From Eledone cirrhosa (Eukaryota), in contig OZ024764.1 of the NCBI GenBank assembly GCA_964016885.1, positions 25,730,001 to 25,794,000 of the forward strand: a stretch of DNA of 64,000 bases, given 5' to 3'. The notes under the pieces were generated by a model. That model saw nothing but the letters and a program-made list of their open reading frames with translations. It was not told the origin of the DNA and did no database searches. Below are positions 39,053 through 59,585 of this stretch, one piece after another. The first letter of the stretch is position 1, and the number at the start of each line of letters is the position of its first letter. Position numbers and translations under genes: made by a program.

Positions 39053-42009
39053 ATGTCAGGGGCCTGGTGAAACTCAGCAACATGAGTAAAATTTCCTACC
39101 TGGGAGACTTAGCCATAAGCAATCAAGCACTATGCATGGCACTAACCGAAACGCACCTGACAAGCAGTATAGCAGATGCAGAAATACATATACCGAAATA
39201 TACTGTATTTCGTTCGCACAGGAAGGAGAGAACTCATGGTGGGGTTGCTCTGTATATCCGTGAAGATGTCACACCAATTGTACTGTTGACACATTCAAAC
39301 TCAGTCTGTGACACACTGATAATACATATGAAGCAACTACAGACGGTAATATGTGTCACATATCGGCCGCCCGATGCCCCCAGTCATGAGGGTAAATTTG
39401 AGGATAGCCTAAGTAGGATAGAAGAGGTCCTTGACAAACTGGACCAGGGTCTCAACATCCTACTGCTGGGAGACTTCAACCTACCAAAGGTCAAATGGCC
39501 TGAGGGCCACCTCCTCCCTGGAATGACGTCAATAGAACAGAGACAGACGGAATCCCTGCTGGCCCTCACACACAGGTTGTTCATGGAGCAAGCAATACTC
39601 CTCCCAACAAGAGGCGAAAATGTCCTGGGCCTCTGTTTTACAAACAACGAAGTGCTCATCCACAATGTAAAGGTGACACCAACAATTCTCTCGGATCATA
39701 ACTTAGTAGAGCTAATGATATGTGGTCCAAGAGAACCAACAGAGACAAAACCACCAAGAAGCTCCGGGATGCTATCCAACCTTAACTTCTACAAGGCTAA
39801 CTGGAAAAAGATTAAGAGTGAAATCCGGAAGCAAACATGGAGTGAAAACATCGCCACACAAGACACTAACACACAATTTCAACACTTCATGACAACGATA
39901 CACACCATATGCAAAAAGTGTGTCCCGGAGAAAGAGGCAAACAAACACAAAAATCTTATTCCCAGAGATAGGAAAATCCTTATGAGACGTAGAACTAAAC
40001 TCTCAAACCAGTTGAATAGTCAACAAAACAAAAACAAGAAGGAATCCTATTTGAAACGTGCACTACTTGACATCGAGATTACATTCAAACTTTCACATGA
40101 GAATGAGAGGGCAAAGAAAGAGAACAGGGCCATAGAAAACATTAAAACAAACCCTAAGGCCTTCTTTAAATTTGCAAAAGAAACTGCCTCAGTACACTGC
40201 AAGATTGGACCACTCTTCCACAAGGACGGTTCATTAACCGAAAATCCCCAAGAGATATGTGAAATACTGAACGAACAGTACAAAAGTGTCTTCACATGTC
40301 CACTGAGGCACATGCAAATAACGAAGCCAGAGGAGTTCTTTGATGCCACACTACATCAAGAAATGGCAACCATCAACCACATAGACATAACGGAGGAGGA
40401 TGTGGTGTACGCCATTGATGAAATTAGAACAGACTCGGCTGTTGGACCTGATGGATTCCCAGCAGTTCTCCTAAAAATATGTAAGCGGGCCTTAGCAACT
40501 CCACTGAAGATGCTCTTCAGAAGCTCCTTGGCTAGCGGTGTACTACCCAGGGAGCTGAAAGAAGGCACAATATGCCCTATCCATAAAGGAGGTAGTAGAG
40601 CGGAGGCCAAGAACTATAGGCCAGTCTCCCTGACGTCGCATATCAGTAAGGTCATGGAGCGAGTCGTCAGAAAGAAACTAATCACTTTCCTCGAAGAAAA
40701 TGACCGCCTGACTAGCACGCAACATGGCTTCCGCCCAGGAAGAAGCTGCCTTACACAGCTGCTACATCACTACGACTGGCTACTGAGACAACTACTAGAC
40801 AGCTCACATGTAGACGTGATATATCTTGACTTTGCGAAGGCCTTTGACAAGGTCGACCACGGAATGATATGTCACAAACTACACGGACTCGGCATAACTG
40901 GAAAAGTAGGTGAGTGGCTGCATGGCTTCCTAAGGGACAGAAGCCAGGCAGTCGCAGCAAATGGGGCCCTCTCGAGGGAAACACCGATAACAAGTGGGGT
41001 GCCCCAGGGGACAGTCCTGGGACCACTACTGTTTTTGGTGGCTCTCTCGGACATGCCCTCTGTGGTGCATGCAACAACATCCCTCACTAGCTATGCTGAT
41101 GACACTAAGGTAGGACAGGCAATCAAAAACCCGGCTGACGCTGCCCTCTTACAGCAGGATCTGGATGCCATATACAGATGGGCGGAAGAAAACAACATGC
41201 AGTTTAATGCTGGCAAATTCCAAGCCCTACAATACAAACCTGCAAACACAAACACAAATATAGCGGAACACAGCTACACAGGACCAGGAGGGACCGATAT
41301 CCCCGTGTCAAAATCGATACGAGACCTGGGCATAGACATGAGCGATGATGCATCTTTTTCTTCACACATCATGAAGGTGGCGACAACATGTAGACGATTC
41401 GCTGGCTGGATCTTGAGGACTTTCCTTACAAGAGATCGAGACACCATGTTGACACTGTGGAGGACTTTTGTCCTAAGCCGCCTGGACTACTGCTCCCAGC
41501 TGTGGTCACCCCATAGTGTCAAACTAACCACGGAGCTTGAGGCAATCCAGCGAAGCTACACCAAGAGGATTGCCAAGATGAGGGAGACAAGCTACTGGGA
41601 GAGGCTAAAGGAACTGAACCTCTACTCCTTGGAGCGAAGACGGGACAGATACGCAGTGATCTACATGTGGAAAATCCTGGAGGGACTAGCACCAAACTTT
41701 GGCATTGGGAGCTGGACCAACCATCGAACAGGACGTCACTGTGTGGTGCCAAAGGTCCCGTCTTCCACATCTAGAATAAGGAGCAGGTATTGCAATAGCC
41801 TGGGATTCAAGGGCCCTCAACTCTTCAACAGGCTGCCGAGGCATCTGCGAGACTTGCATGACGTGGAGGTTGATGTCTTTAAGAAACATCTCGACACCTT
41901 GTTATCCAGGATCCCGGATGAGCCCACAGCAAGACACGAGGGAAACCTAAGGGCTGCAGCAACAAACTCCCTCCTACACCAGTGGCCAACCTATACAGGC
42001 TGGAGATAA
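38971..42009 (+). CDS. LINE ORF2, APE endonuclease plus reverse transcriptase (1012 aa, no stops; true start uncertain)
   Basis: [81 protein letters not shown]. Confidence 0.95.
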   Translation: MAAADTRPGVIPTAITGTPKVTPVLLLNVRGLVKLSNMSKISYLGDLAISNQALCMALTETHLTSSIADAEIHIPKYTVFRSHRKERTHGGVALYIREDVTPIVLLTHSNSVCDTLIIHMKQLQTVICVTYRPPDAPSHEGKFEDSLSRIEEVLDKLDQGLNILLLGDFNLPKVKWPEGHLLPGMTSIEQRQTESLLALTHRLFMEQAILLPTRGENVLGLCFTNNEVLIHNVKVTPTILSDHNLVELMICGPREPTETKPPRSSGMLSNLNFYKANWKKIKSEIRKQTWSENIATQDTNTQFQHFMTTIHTICKKCVPEKEANKHKNLIPRDRKILMRRRTKLSNQLNSQQNKNKKESYLKRALLDIEITFKLSHENERAKKENRAIENIKTNPKAFFKFAKETASVHCKIGPLFHKDGSLTENPQEICEILNEQYKSVFTCPLRHMQITKPEEFFDATLHQEMATINHIDITEEDVVYAIDEIRTDSAVGPDGFPAVLLKICKRALATPLKMLFRSSLASGVLPRELKEGTICPIHKGGSRAEAKNYRPVSLTSHISKVMERVVRKKLITFLEENDRLTSTQHGFRPGRSCLTQLLHHYDWLLRQLLDSSHVDVIYLDFAKAFDKVDHGMICHKLHGLGITGKVGEWLHGFLRDRSQAVAANGALSRETPITSGVPQGTVLGPLLFLVALSDMPSVVHATTSLTSYADDTKVGQAIKNPADAALLQQDLDAIYRWAEENNMQFNAGKFQALQYKPANTNTNIAEHSYTGPGGTDIPVSKSIRDLGIDMSDDASFSSHIMKVATTCRRFAGWILRTFLTRDRDTMLTLWRTFVLSRLDYCSQLWSPHSVKLTTELEAIQRSYTKRIAKMRETSYWERLKELNLYSLERRRDRYAVIYMWKILEGLAPNFGIGSWTNHRTGRHCVVPKVPSSTSRIRSRYCNSLGFKGPQLFNRLPRHLRDLHDVEVDVFKKHLDTLLSRIPDEPTARHEGNLRAAATNSLLHQWPTYTGWR

Positions 42010-42083
42010 AATGTGTAGCAACAAGGGCGGTGCCCCAGCATGGCCTCAGCCGGATGGCTGAAACAGGTAAAAGAGTAAAAGAG

Positions 42084-42468
<385 letters not shown>

Positions 42469-42872
42469 TATACATATACATCATCATCATCATCAACGTT
42501 TAACGTCCGTGTTCCACGCTTGCATGGGTTTGGACGGGGGTAGTCCCACTTGAGGCAAGAGTGATTGTCTTGCTCGCATAGGACTGTCTGGCAGGTTTTC
42601 TACAGTTGGATGCCCTTCCTAACACCAACCACATTTACAGTGTGGGTCTGGAAGGTTTTTACCGTGTTGCCTACACGGCCACATTACAGCGTGGACTGTG
42701 TGTTTTTTTGTCGTGACACCTACACGATCTCATTTGTTTCGGCCTGGCGCGGCACCAACATAACTTTACATAGAACGGGGTGGTGTGGATGGGGTGGGGG
42801 TGGTGGCGGGACGGGGTGTATTTTGTTAGAGATGCCTACTGGGCAGTGACATTGTCTTGGAGAGGTGTATAC

Positions 42873-42911
<39 letters not shown>

Positions 42912-42950
42912 CATATATATACATATATATATATATATACATATATATAC

Positions 42951-42981
<31 letters not shown>

Positions 42982-42982
42982 C

Positions 42983-43040
<58 letters not shown>

Positions 43041-43262
43041 GAAGGAACGATCGACTTTCGTCAAATCGGACCGAGGGAACAATGTTTCCGTTGGTCTTTC
43101 CAATTGCTAATACTATCTATCGGTCGCAACTTCAGGTAGAAGGAGCAACGTGAAATAGAGTGTCTTGCTCAAGGACATAACGCATCGCCTGGTCCAGGAA
43201 TCGAACTCACAACCTTACGATTGCGAATCCAATTCTCTAACCACTCAGCCACACGCCTTCAC

Positions 43263-43379
<117 letters not shown>

Positions 43380-43383
43380 TATG

Positions 43384-43667
<284 letters not shown>

Positions 43668-43675
43668 GATAAATC

Positions 43676-43715
<40 letters not shown>

Positions 43716-43749
43716 GATAAATCTACATATATATATATATATATATATA

Positions 43750-44922
43750 TAAGACGTAAAATAAGAAAATATTTTTTTTTTTAATTTTTAAAAATTTTTT
43801 TACTTACTTACTTAAATTTTCACTCCAACTAATTAGTTTCTGCAATGGGATAAAGACAGTTACGTAATCCAACTGTCGAGAATTCATTGCGTCATCAGGG
43901 AGTCTATTCTCAGCTGAGTCTCCAGACAATGCGCGGACACTGGCGGCTCATATAAAAATAATAATAATTCGGTAGATAGAACAGCTGGCGAGGACTGGAT
44001 TCTATGTACTGAAATTCTCACTGCTTCTAGTCAAATGGCCGATTCTAAAGAATCAATCACGTGACACAGAGGCTAGTTAGAAGGAATGGGATGGTAAGAT
44101 GACTGACGCCTACTAACACCCCAAAAAATTTTTGAAGTGGTTTTGGCAGGTTTGCTCGACAAATCAGTGATTTGGAGATAAATATAGATAATTTAATATA
44201 TCAACTAACATAAGCGCACAGATGCACGTCCATGCCACCAAATACACAGGTTATGTCATAGTACCTAGGTGGTTCAATGCAGGAGGATGCAGAACAATAA
44301 TATAAAAGACGTAAAATAAGAAAATATTTTTTTTTTAATTTTTAAAAAATTTTTTACTTACTTACTTAAATTTTCACTCCAACTAATTAGTTTCTGCAAT
44401 GGGATAAAGACAGTTACGTAATCCAACTGTCGAGAATTCATTGCGTCATCAGGGAGTCTATTCTCAGCTGAGTCTCCAGGCAATGCGCGGACACTGGCGG
44501 CTCATATAAAAATAATAATAATTCGGTAGATAGAACAGTTGGCGAGGACTGGATTCTATGTACTGAAATTCTCACTGCTTCTAGTCAAATGGCCGATTCT
44601 AAAGAATCAATCACGTGACACAGAGGCTAGTTAGAAGGAATGGGATGGTAAGATGACTGACGCCTACTAACACCCCAAAAAATTTTTGAAGTGGTTTTGG
44701 CAGGTTTGCTCGACAAATCAGTGATTTGGAGATAAATATAGATAATTTAATATATCAACTAACATAAGCGCACAGATGCACGTCCATGCCAGCAAATACA
44801 CAGGTTATGTCATAGTACCTAGGTGGTTCAATGCAGGAGGATGCAGAACAATAATATAAAAGACGTAAAATAAGAAAATATTTTTTTAAAAAATTTTTAA
44901 AAAATTTTTTACTTACTTAAAT
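43750..44922 (-). mobile_element. Retrozyme-like tandem dimer (2.1 x 554 bp); also at about 47883-49055 and 51963-53135
   Basis: AGACGTAAAATAAGAAAAT recurs at about 43752, 44307 and 44861. One hammerhead per monomer, no ORF. Confidence 0.78.
43822..43903 (-). ncRNA. Type I hammerhead ribozyme (copies at 44376-44457, 47955-48036, 48509-48590, 52035-52116, 52589-52670)
   Basis: ACTCC-CTGATGA-C-GCAATG..(GACAGTT..AACTGTC)..CATTGC-A-GAAA-CTAATTAG-TT^GGAGT. Confidence 0.83.
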
Positions 44923-45104
44923 CTACCAAAAGTTTACGGCAGTGTCCAATCCGTATGAAGAACTCAATGTAATCCGGATATCATGAAAAGAGGAGATGCA
45001 TTCAAAAACTACTTTCGGTGAAAAATAAACGGAAAACAGAGTCAAGATAAATTATTAAAAAAATAATGAATAAACAAAGAAACAGTTCCTTATATTAAAA
45101 AAAT

Positions 45105-45248
45105 TCATTATTTTACGATCGTTTCTAGGATATATATGTGTTAGAGTTGGTATGCTTATTCTATAGATCTATGTACAATATTTATACAAACTATCAGAGG
45201 GAATATACATACCTTCACATATATATATGCTGTCTTCAGAAATAATGA
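45105..45248 (-). ncRNA. Hammerhead with a stem II insertion of about 107 nt (copies at 49239-49382 -, 53319-53462 -, 57868-58011 +)
   Basis: TCATTATTT-CTGAAGA-[long hairpin]-GAAA-CGATCG-TA^AAATAATGA. 9-bp stem I, palindromic stem III. Confidence 0.75.
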
Positions 45249-46210
45249 TACTTGTTTATTGATAAGAACAAAGATTCAATACAATAGGTCTGTTTGGGAA
45301 CAGGTTTTGAATTGACCAATCAGGAGATAGTGAGGGTCAAGATAGTGATGTAGAATTTGGAGAACCTTAAATTATGGGTAGAGGAAGGGAGATTTCAGTT
45401 TTGGATGGAAAAGAGTATTATGAATGAAGGATTACTTTAGGGAAGAAGTAGGTCATATGTTGACCTCAGAAATAATATTATTTGTTCATTGAATAAAACC
45501 AACAAAGATCCAGTATAATAATGGATTACTTTAGGGAAGAAGTAGGTCATATGTTGACCTCAGAAATAATTTTATTTGTTCATTGAATAAAACCAACAAA
45601 GATCAAATATATTCTGTCTGTTTGGTAAGAGGTTTAGAATTAACCAATAGAAAGTTAATAATTGGCCAAATGGTAAAATAGTAGTAATTGAAACTTATTT
45701 TAGGGGTGAAACTAGGTCAGGTGGTCAGTAGAAGGTATACAAGCAAATGCTGTTATAAAATAGTAATGCCAATACAAATATCTAAGGTGACCAGAGTTTT
45801 AAGATAAGGATGTTAGTGAAAAAAATACATCTATGAAAAGGATATAAAATTAATTTAATTGATGGGTATATTTATATTGATAAAATTATACTAATACATA
45901 TAGATATGATAAATAAGAATTAGATGCAGTTGAAAAGTGCTGTTAAGGATGAGGGGAGATTAAAAGAATATAAAAATGATATATATATGTATATACATAT
46001 ATATATACCTACATATATATACATACATACACACACACATACACACATATATATATATTTATATATATATATATATATATACATACATACACATACACAC
46101 ACAAACATATACCCATATATATATATATACATATATATATACACGCATATACACATGTACATATACATACACACACACACACACAGACATATATATACAT
46201 ATATATATAC

Positions 46211-46243
<33 letters not shown>

Positions 46244-46247
46244 TATA

Positions 46248-46375
<128 letters not shown>

Positions 46376-46376
46376 C

Positions 46377-46555
<179 letters not shown>

Positions 46556-46959
46556 TATACATATACATCATCATCATCATCAACGTTTAACGTCCGTGTT
46601 CCACGCTTGCATGGGTTTGGACGGGGGTAGTCCCACTTGAGGCAAGAGTGATTGTCTTGCTCGCATAGGACTGTCTGGCAGGTTTTCTACAGTTGGATGC
46701 CCTTCCTAACACCAACCACATTTACAGTGTGGGTCTGGAAGGTTTTTACCGTGTTGCCTACACGGCCACATTACAGCGTGGACTGTGTGTTTTTTTGTCG
46801 TGACACCTACACGATCTCATTTGTTTCGGCCTGGCGCGGCACCAACATAACTTTACATAGAACGGGGTGGTGTGGATGGGGTGGGGGTGGTGGCGGGACG
46901 GGGTGTATTTTGTTAGAGATGCCTACTGGGCAGTGACATTGTCTTGGAGAGGTGTATAC

Positions 46960-46998
<39 letters not shown>

Positions 46999-47037
46999 CA
47001 TATATATACATATATATATATATATACATATATATAC

Positions 47038-47068
<31 letters not shown>

Positions 47069-47069
47069 C

Positions 47070-47127
<58 letters not shown>

Positions 47128-47349
47128 GAAGGAACGATCGACTTTCGTCAAATCGGACCGAGGGAACAATGTTTCCGTTGGTCTTTCCAATTGCTAATAC
47201 TATCTATCGGTCGCAACTTCAGGTAGAAGGAGCAACGTGAAATAGAGTGTCTTGCTCAAGGACATAACGCATCGCCTGGTCCAGGAATCGAACTCACAAC
47301 CTTACGATTGCGAATCCAATTCTCTAACCACTCAGCCACACGCCTTCAC

Positions 47350-47466
<117 letters not shown>

Positions 47467-47470
47467 TATG

Positions 47471-47752
<282 letters not shown>

Positions 47753-47760
47753 GATAAATC

Positions 47761-47796
<36 letters not shown>

Positions 47797-47804
47797 GATA
47801 AATC

Positions 47805-47848
<44 letters not shown>

Positions 47849-50344
47849 GATAAATCTACATATATATATATATATATATATATAAGACGTAAAATAAGAA
47901 AATATTTTTTTTTTTAATTTTTAAAAATTTTTTTACTTACTTACTTAAATTTTCACTCCAACTAATTAGTTTCTGCAATGGGATAAAGACAGTTACGTAA
48001 TCCAACTGTCGAGAATTCATTGCGTCATCAGGGAGTCTATTCTCAGCTGAGTCTCCAGACAATGCGCGGACACTGGCGGCTCATATAAAAATAATAATAA
48101 TTCGGTAGATAGAACAGCTGGCGAGGACTGGATTCTATGTACTGAAATTCTCACTGCTTCTAGTCAAATGGCCGATTCTAAAGAATCAATCACGTGACAC
48201 AGAGGCTAGTTAGAAGGAATGGGATGGTAAGATGACTGACGCCTACTAACACCCCAAAAAATTTTTGAAGTGGTTTTGGCAGGTTTGCTCGACAAATCAG
48301 TGATTTGGAGATAAATATAGATAATTTAATATATCAACTAACATAAGCGCACAGATGCACGTCCATGCCACCAAATACACAGGTTATGTCATAGTACCTA
48401 GGTGGTTCAATGCAGGAGGATGCAGAACAATAATATAAAAGACGTAAAATAAGAAAATATTTTTTTTTTAATTTTTAAAAAATTTTTTACTTACTTACTT
48501 AAATTTTCACTCCAACTAATTAGTTTCTGCAATGGGATAAAGACAGTTACGTAATCCAACTGTCGAGAATTCATTGCGTCATCAGGGAGTCTATTCTCAG
48601 CTGAGTCTCCAGGCAATGCGCGGACACTGGCGGCTCATATAAAAATAATAATAATTCGGTAGATAGAACAGTTGGCGAGGACTGGATTCTATGTACTGAA
48701 ATTCTCACTGCTTCTAGTCAAATGGCCGATTCTAAAGAATCAATCACGTGACACAGAGGCTAGTTAGAAGGAATGGGATGGTAAGATGACTGACGCCTAC
48801 TAACACCCCAAAAAATTTTTGAAGTGGTTTTGGCAGGTTTGCTCGACAAATCAGTGATTTGGAGATAAATATAGATAATTTAATATATCAACTAACATAA
48901 GCGCACAGATGCACGTCCATGCCAGCAAATACACAGGTTATGTCATAGTACCTAGGTGGTTCAATGCAGGAGGATGCAGAACAATAATATAAAAGACGTA
49001 AAATAAGAAAATATTTTTTTAAAAAATTTTTAAAAAATTTTTTACTTACTTAAATCTACCAAAAGTTTACGGCAGTGTCCAATCCGTATGAAGAACTCAA
49101 TGTAATCCGGATATCATGAAAAGAGGAGATGCATTCAAAAACTACTTTCGGTGAAAAATAAACGGAAAACAGAGTCAAGATAAATTATTAAAAAAATAAT
49201 GAATAAACAAAGAAACAGTTCCTTATATTAAAAAAAATTCATTATTTTACGATCGTTTCTAGGATATATATGTGTTAGAGTTGGTATGCTTATTCTATAG
49301 ATCTATGTACAATATTTATACAAACTATCAGAGGGAATATACATACCTTCACATATATATATGCTGTCTTCAGAAATAATGATACTTGTTTATTGATAAG
49401 AACAAAGATTCAATACAATAGGTCTGTTTGGGAACAGGTTTTGAATTGACCAATCAGGAGATAGTGAGGGTCAAGATAGTGATGTAGAATTTGGAGAACC
49501 TTAAATTATGGGTAGAGGAAGGGAGATTTCAGTTTTGGATGGAAAAGAGTATTATGAATGAAGGATTACTTTAGGGAAGAAGTAGGTCATATGTTGACCT
49601 CAGAAATAATATTATTTGTTCATTGAATAAAACCAACAAAGATCCAGTATAATAATGGATTACTTTAGGGAAGAAGTAGGTCATATGTTGACCTCAGAAA
49701 TAATTTTATTTGTTCATTGAATAAAACCAACAAAGATCAAATATATTCTGTCTGTTTGGTAAGAGGTTTAGAATTAACCAATAGAAAGTTAATAATTGGC
49801 CAAATGGTAAAATAGTAGTAATTGAAACTTATTTTAGGGGTGAAACTAGGTCAGGTGGTCAGTAGAAGGTATACAAGCAAATGCTGTTATAAAATAGTAA
49901 TGCCAATACAAATATCTAAGGTGACCAGAGTTTTAAGATAAGGATGTTAGTGAAAAAAATACATCTATGAAAAGGATATAAAATTAATTTAATTGATGGG
50001 TATATTTATATTGATAAAATTATACTAATACATATAGATATGATAAATAAGAATTAGATGCAGTTGAAAAGTGCTGTTAAGGATGAGGGGAGATTAAAAG
50101 AATATAAAAATGATATATATATGTATATACATATATATATACCTACATATATATACATACATACACACACACATACACACATATATATATATTTATATAT
50201 ATATATATATATATACATACATACACATACACACACAAACATATACCCATATATATATATATACATATATATATACACGCATATACACATGTACATATAC
50301 ATACACACACACACACACAGACATATATATACATATATATATAC

Positions 50345-50377
<33 letters not shown>

Positions 50378-50381
50378 TATA

Positions 50382-50677
<296 letters not shown>

Positions 50678-51081
50678 TATACATATACATCATCATCATC
50701 ATCAACGTTTAACGTCCGTGTTCCACGCTTGCATGGGTTTGGACGGGGGTAGTCCCACTTGAGGCAAGAGTGATTGTCTTGCTCGCATAGGACTGTCTGG
50801 CAGGTTTTCTACAGTTGGATGCCCTTCCTAACACCAACCACATTTACAGTGTGGGTCTGGAAGGTTTTTACCGTGTTGCCTACACGGCCACATTACAGCG
50901 TGGACTGTGTGTTTTTTTGTCGTGACACCTACACGATCTCATTTGTTTCGGCCTGGCGCGGCACCAACATAACTTTACATAGAACGGGGTGGTGTGGATG
51001 GGGTGGGGGTGGTGGCGGGACGGGGTGTATTTTGTTAGAGATGCCTACTGGGCAGTGACATTGTCTTGGAGAGGTGTATAC

Positions 51082-51120
<39 letters not shown>

Positions 51121-51159
51121 CATATATATACATATATATATATATATACATATATATAC

Positions 51160-51190
<31 letters not shown>

Positions 51191-51191
51191 C

Positions 51192-51249
<58 letters not shown>

Positions 51250-51471
51250 GAAGGAACGATCGACTTTCGTCAAATCGGACCGAGGGAACAATGTTTCCGT
51301 TGGTCTTTCCAATTGCTAATACTATCTATCGGTCGCAACTTCAGGTAGAAGGAGCAACGTGAAATAGAGTGTCTTGCTCAAGGACATAACGCATCGCCTG
51401 GTCCAGGAATCGAACTCACAACCTTACGATTGCGAATCCAATTCTCTAACCACTCAGCCACACGCCTTCAC

Positions 51472-51588
<117 letters not shown>

Positions 51589-51592
51589 TATG

Positions 51593-51876
<284 letters not shown>

Positions 51877-51884
51877 GATAAATC

Positions 51885-51928
<44 letters not shown>

Positions 51929-53259
51929 GATAAATCTACATATATATATATATATATATATATAAGACGTAAAATAAGAAAATATTTTTTTTTTTAATTT
52001 TTAAAAATTTTTTTACTTACTTACTTAAATTTTCACTCCAACTAATTAGTTTCTGCAATGGGATAAAGACAGTTACGTAATCCAACTGTCGAGAATTCAT
52101 TGCGTCATCAGGGAGTCTATTCTCAGCTGAGTCTCCAGACAATGCGCGGACACTGGCGGCTCATATAAAAATAATAATAATTCGGTAGATAGAACAGCTG
52201 GCGAGGACTGGATTCTATGTACTGAAATTCTCACTGCTTCTAGTCAAATGGCCGATTCTAAAGAATCAATCACGTGACACAGAGGCTAGTTAGAAGGAAT
52301 GGGATGGTAAGATGACTGACGCCTACTAACACCCCAAAAAATTTTTGAAGTGGTTTTGGCAGGTTTGCTCGACAAATCAGTGATTTGGAGATAAATATAG
52401 ATAATTTAATATATCAACTAACATAAGCGCACAGATGCACGTCCATGCCACCAAATACACAGGTTATGTCATAGTACCTAGGTGGTTCAATGCAGGAGGA
52501 TGCAGAACAATAATATAAAAGACGTAAAATAAGAAAATATTTTTTTTTTAATTTTTAAAAAATTTTTTACTTACTTACTTAAATTTTCACTCCAACTAAT
52601 TAGTTTCTGCAATGGGATAAAGACAGTTACGTAATCCAACTGTCGAGAATTCATTGCGTCATCAGGGAGTCTATTCTCAGCTGAGTCTCCAGGCAATGCG
52701 CGGACACTGGCGGCTCATATAAAAATAATAATAATTCGGTAGATAGAACAGTTGGCGAGGACTGGATTCTATGTACTGAAATTCTCACTGCTTCTAGTCA
52801 AATGGCCGATTCTAAAGAATCAATCACGTGACACAGAGGCTAGTTAGAAGGAATGGGATGGTAAGATGACTGACGCCTACTAACACCCCAAAAAATTTTT
52901 GAAGTGGTTTTGGCAGGTTTGCTCGACAAATCAGTGATTTGGAGATAAATATAGATAATTTAATATATCAACTAACATAAGCGCACAGATGCACGTCCAT
53001 GCCAGCAAATACACAGGTTATGTCATAGTACCTAGGTGGTTCAATGCAGGAGGATGCAGAACAATAATATAAAAGACGTAAAATAAGAAAATATTTTTTT
53101 AAAAAATTTTTAAAAAATTTTTTACTTACTTAAATCTACCAAAAGTTTACGGCAGTGTCCAATCCGTATGAAGAACTCAATGTAATCCGGATATCATGAA
53201 AAGAGGAGATGCATTCAAAAACTACTTTCGGTGAAAAATAAACGGAAAACAGAGTCAAG

Positions 53260-58070
<4,811 letters not shown>

Positions 58071-58092
58071 ATATATATATATATATATATAT

Positions 58093-58262
58093 AACGAAGG
58101 AAATGTGGTAAGGAACCAGGTGGACCATAACGCACCAAAGTACTCAATACTTAGGGTAGTAGAGTGGGTAATAGGAACGAGTAAGACCCCGATGGCTGAG
58201 CTCAAGCCGTTTCGACGTCGAAACGGCTTGAGCTCAGCCATCGGGGTCTTATTCGTTCCTAT
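58093..58262 (-). mobile_element. Fold-back mini-element (92-bp palindrome 58171-58262 plus tail)
   Basis: Palindrome centred on TTTCGACGTCGAAA. It keeps only the GAAAC-stem III half of a hammerhead-like motif. TA flanks. Confidence 0.55.
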
Positions 58263-58349
58263 ATATATATATGTATATATATATTATATAATATATATAT
58301 AATATATATAATATATATATAATATATATAATATATATATAATATATAT

Positions 58350-58682
<333 letters not shown>

Positions 58683-58697
58683 TACATATATATATAT

Positions 58698-59035
58698 ACA
58701 TCATCATCATCATCATCATCACCGTTTTACGTCCGTTCTTCCACGCTAGCATGGGTTAGACGGGTTGTCCTGTTGTGGGCAGTGTCTGGTCGGCTGACCA
58801 TGCCTTGCTCATACAGGAACTGATCTGGCTTGATTTCTACAGCTGGATGCCCTTCCTAACACCAACCTCATTTACAGTGAGTGCTGGGTGCTTTTTCGTG
58901 GCGCCTACACGTCCACTTTACAGTGTGGGCTGGGTGCTTTTTTGCCGTGGCACCTCCACGACCACCTTGCGGTGGGGGGGGGGGCATATTGTTTATATGC
59001 TTCAGCATGTACCCATGGGAGGTCGGGTACCCTGT
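58698..59035 (-). mobile_element. RTE 3' UTR with (GAT)n tail
   Basis: Reverse-complement similar to 35760-36028. Confidence 0.75.
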
Positions 59036-59053
59036 ACATATATATATATATAT

Positions 59054-59523
59054 CTTTTGAGCTGACTTTTGGGATGCTCCCATACAGCTCTGAGTTTTTC
59101 ATCCTCAGTGTATACTGATTAATGTTCAGAGCCATCCTCAGCATTCTCGTGTAGCACCCATCCGCCATCTGACTGAGTTTCTTGGTCAGTGTCCAAGTCT
59201 CAGACCCATACAGCAGCACAGACTCCACTACAGCAATGAAGAGGCGGATTTTCAGGTCTCTACGAAGTCAGCTCAAAAGTGACACAGAGGAGACTGAGGT
59301 TAGCTGGACATGCTCACCGACATCCAGAGTTGACATTGCACTCAGTGCTCCTTTGGGAGCCCCTACATGGACACACTAGAAGAGGAAGACCAAGGTTAAC
59401 GTATGTTGATGCCCTAAGGACAGACACTGGTCTGTTGGAGATGCAGGACATGGCAGCTATAATGAGGGACAGAGACCGCTGGAGAGAACTCGTCCATGGA
59501 TCTCGGGAATTTTACCCGCCTTA
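59054..59523 (+). mobile_element. RTE-group LINE 3' fragment with inverted 5' segment
   Basis: 59054-59264 encodes ESVLLYGSETW..PKVSSK on the minus strand. 59265-59523 encodes KVSSKVTQRRLRLAGH on the plus strand. Confidence 0.82.
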
Positions 59524-59539
59524 GAAAAAAAAAGAGAGA

Positions 59540-59582
<43 letters not shown>

Positions 59583-59585
<3 letters not shown>

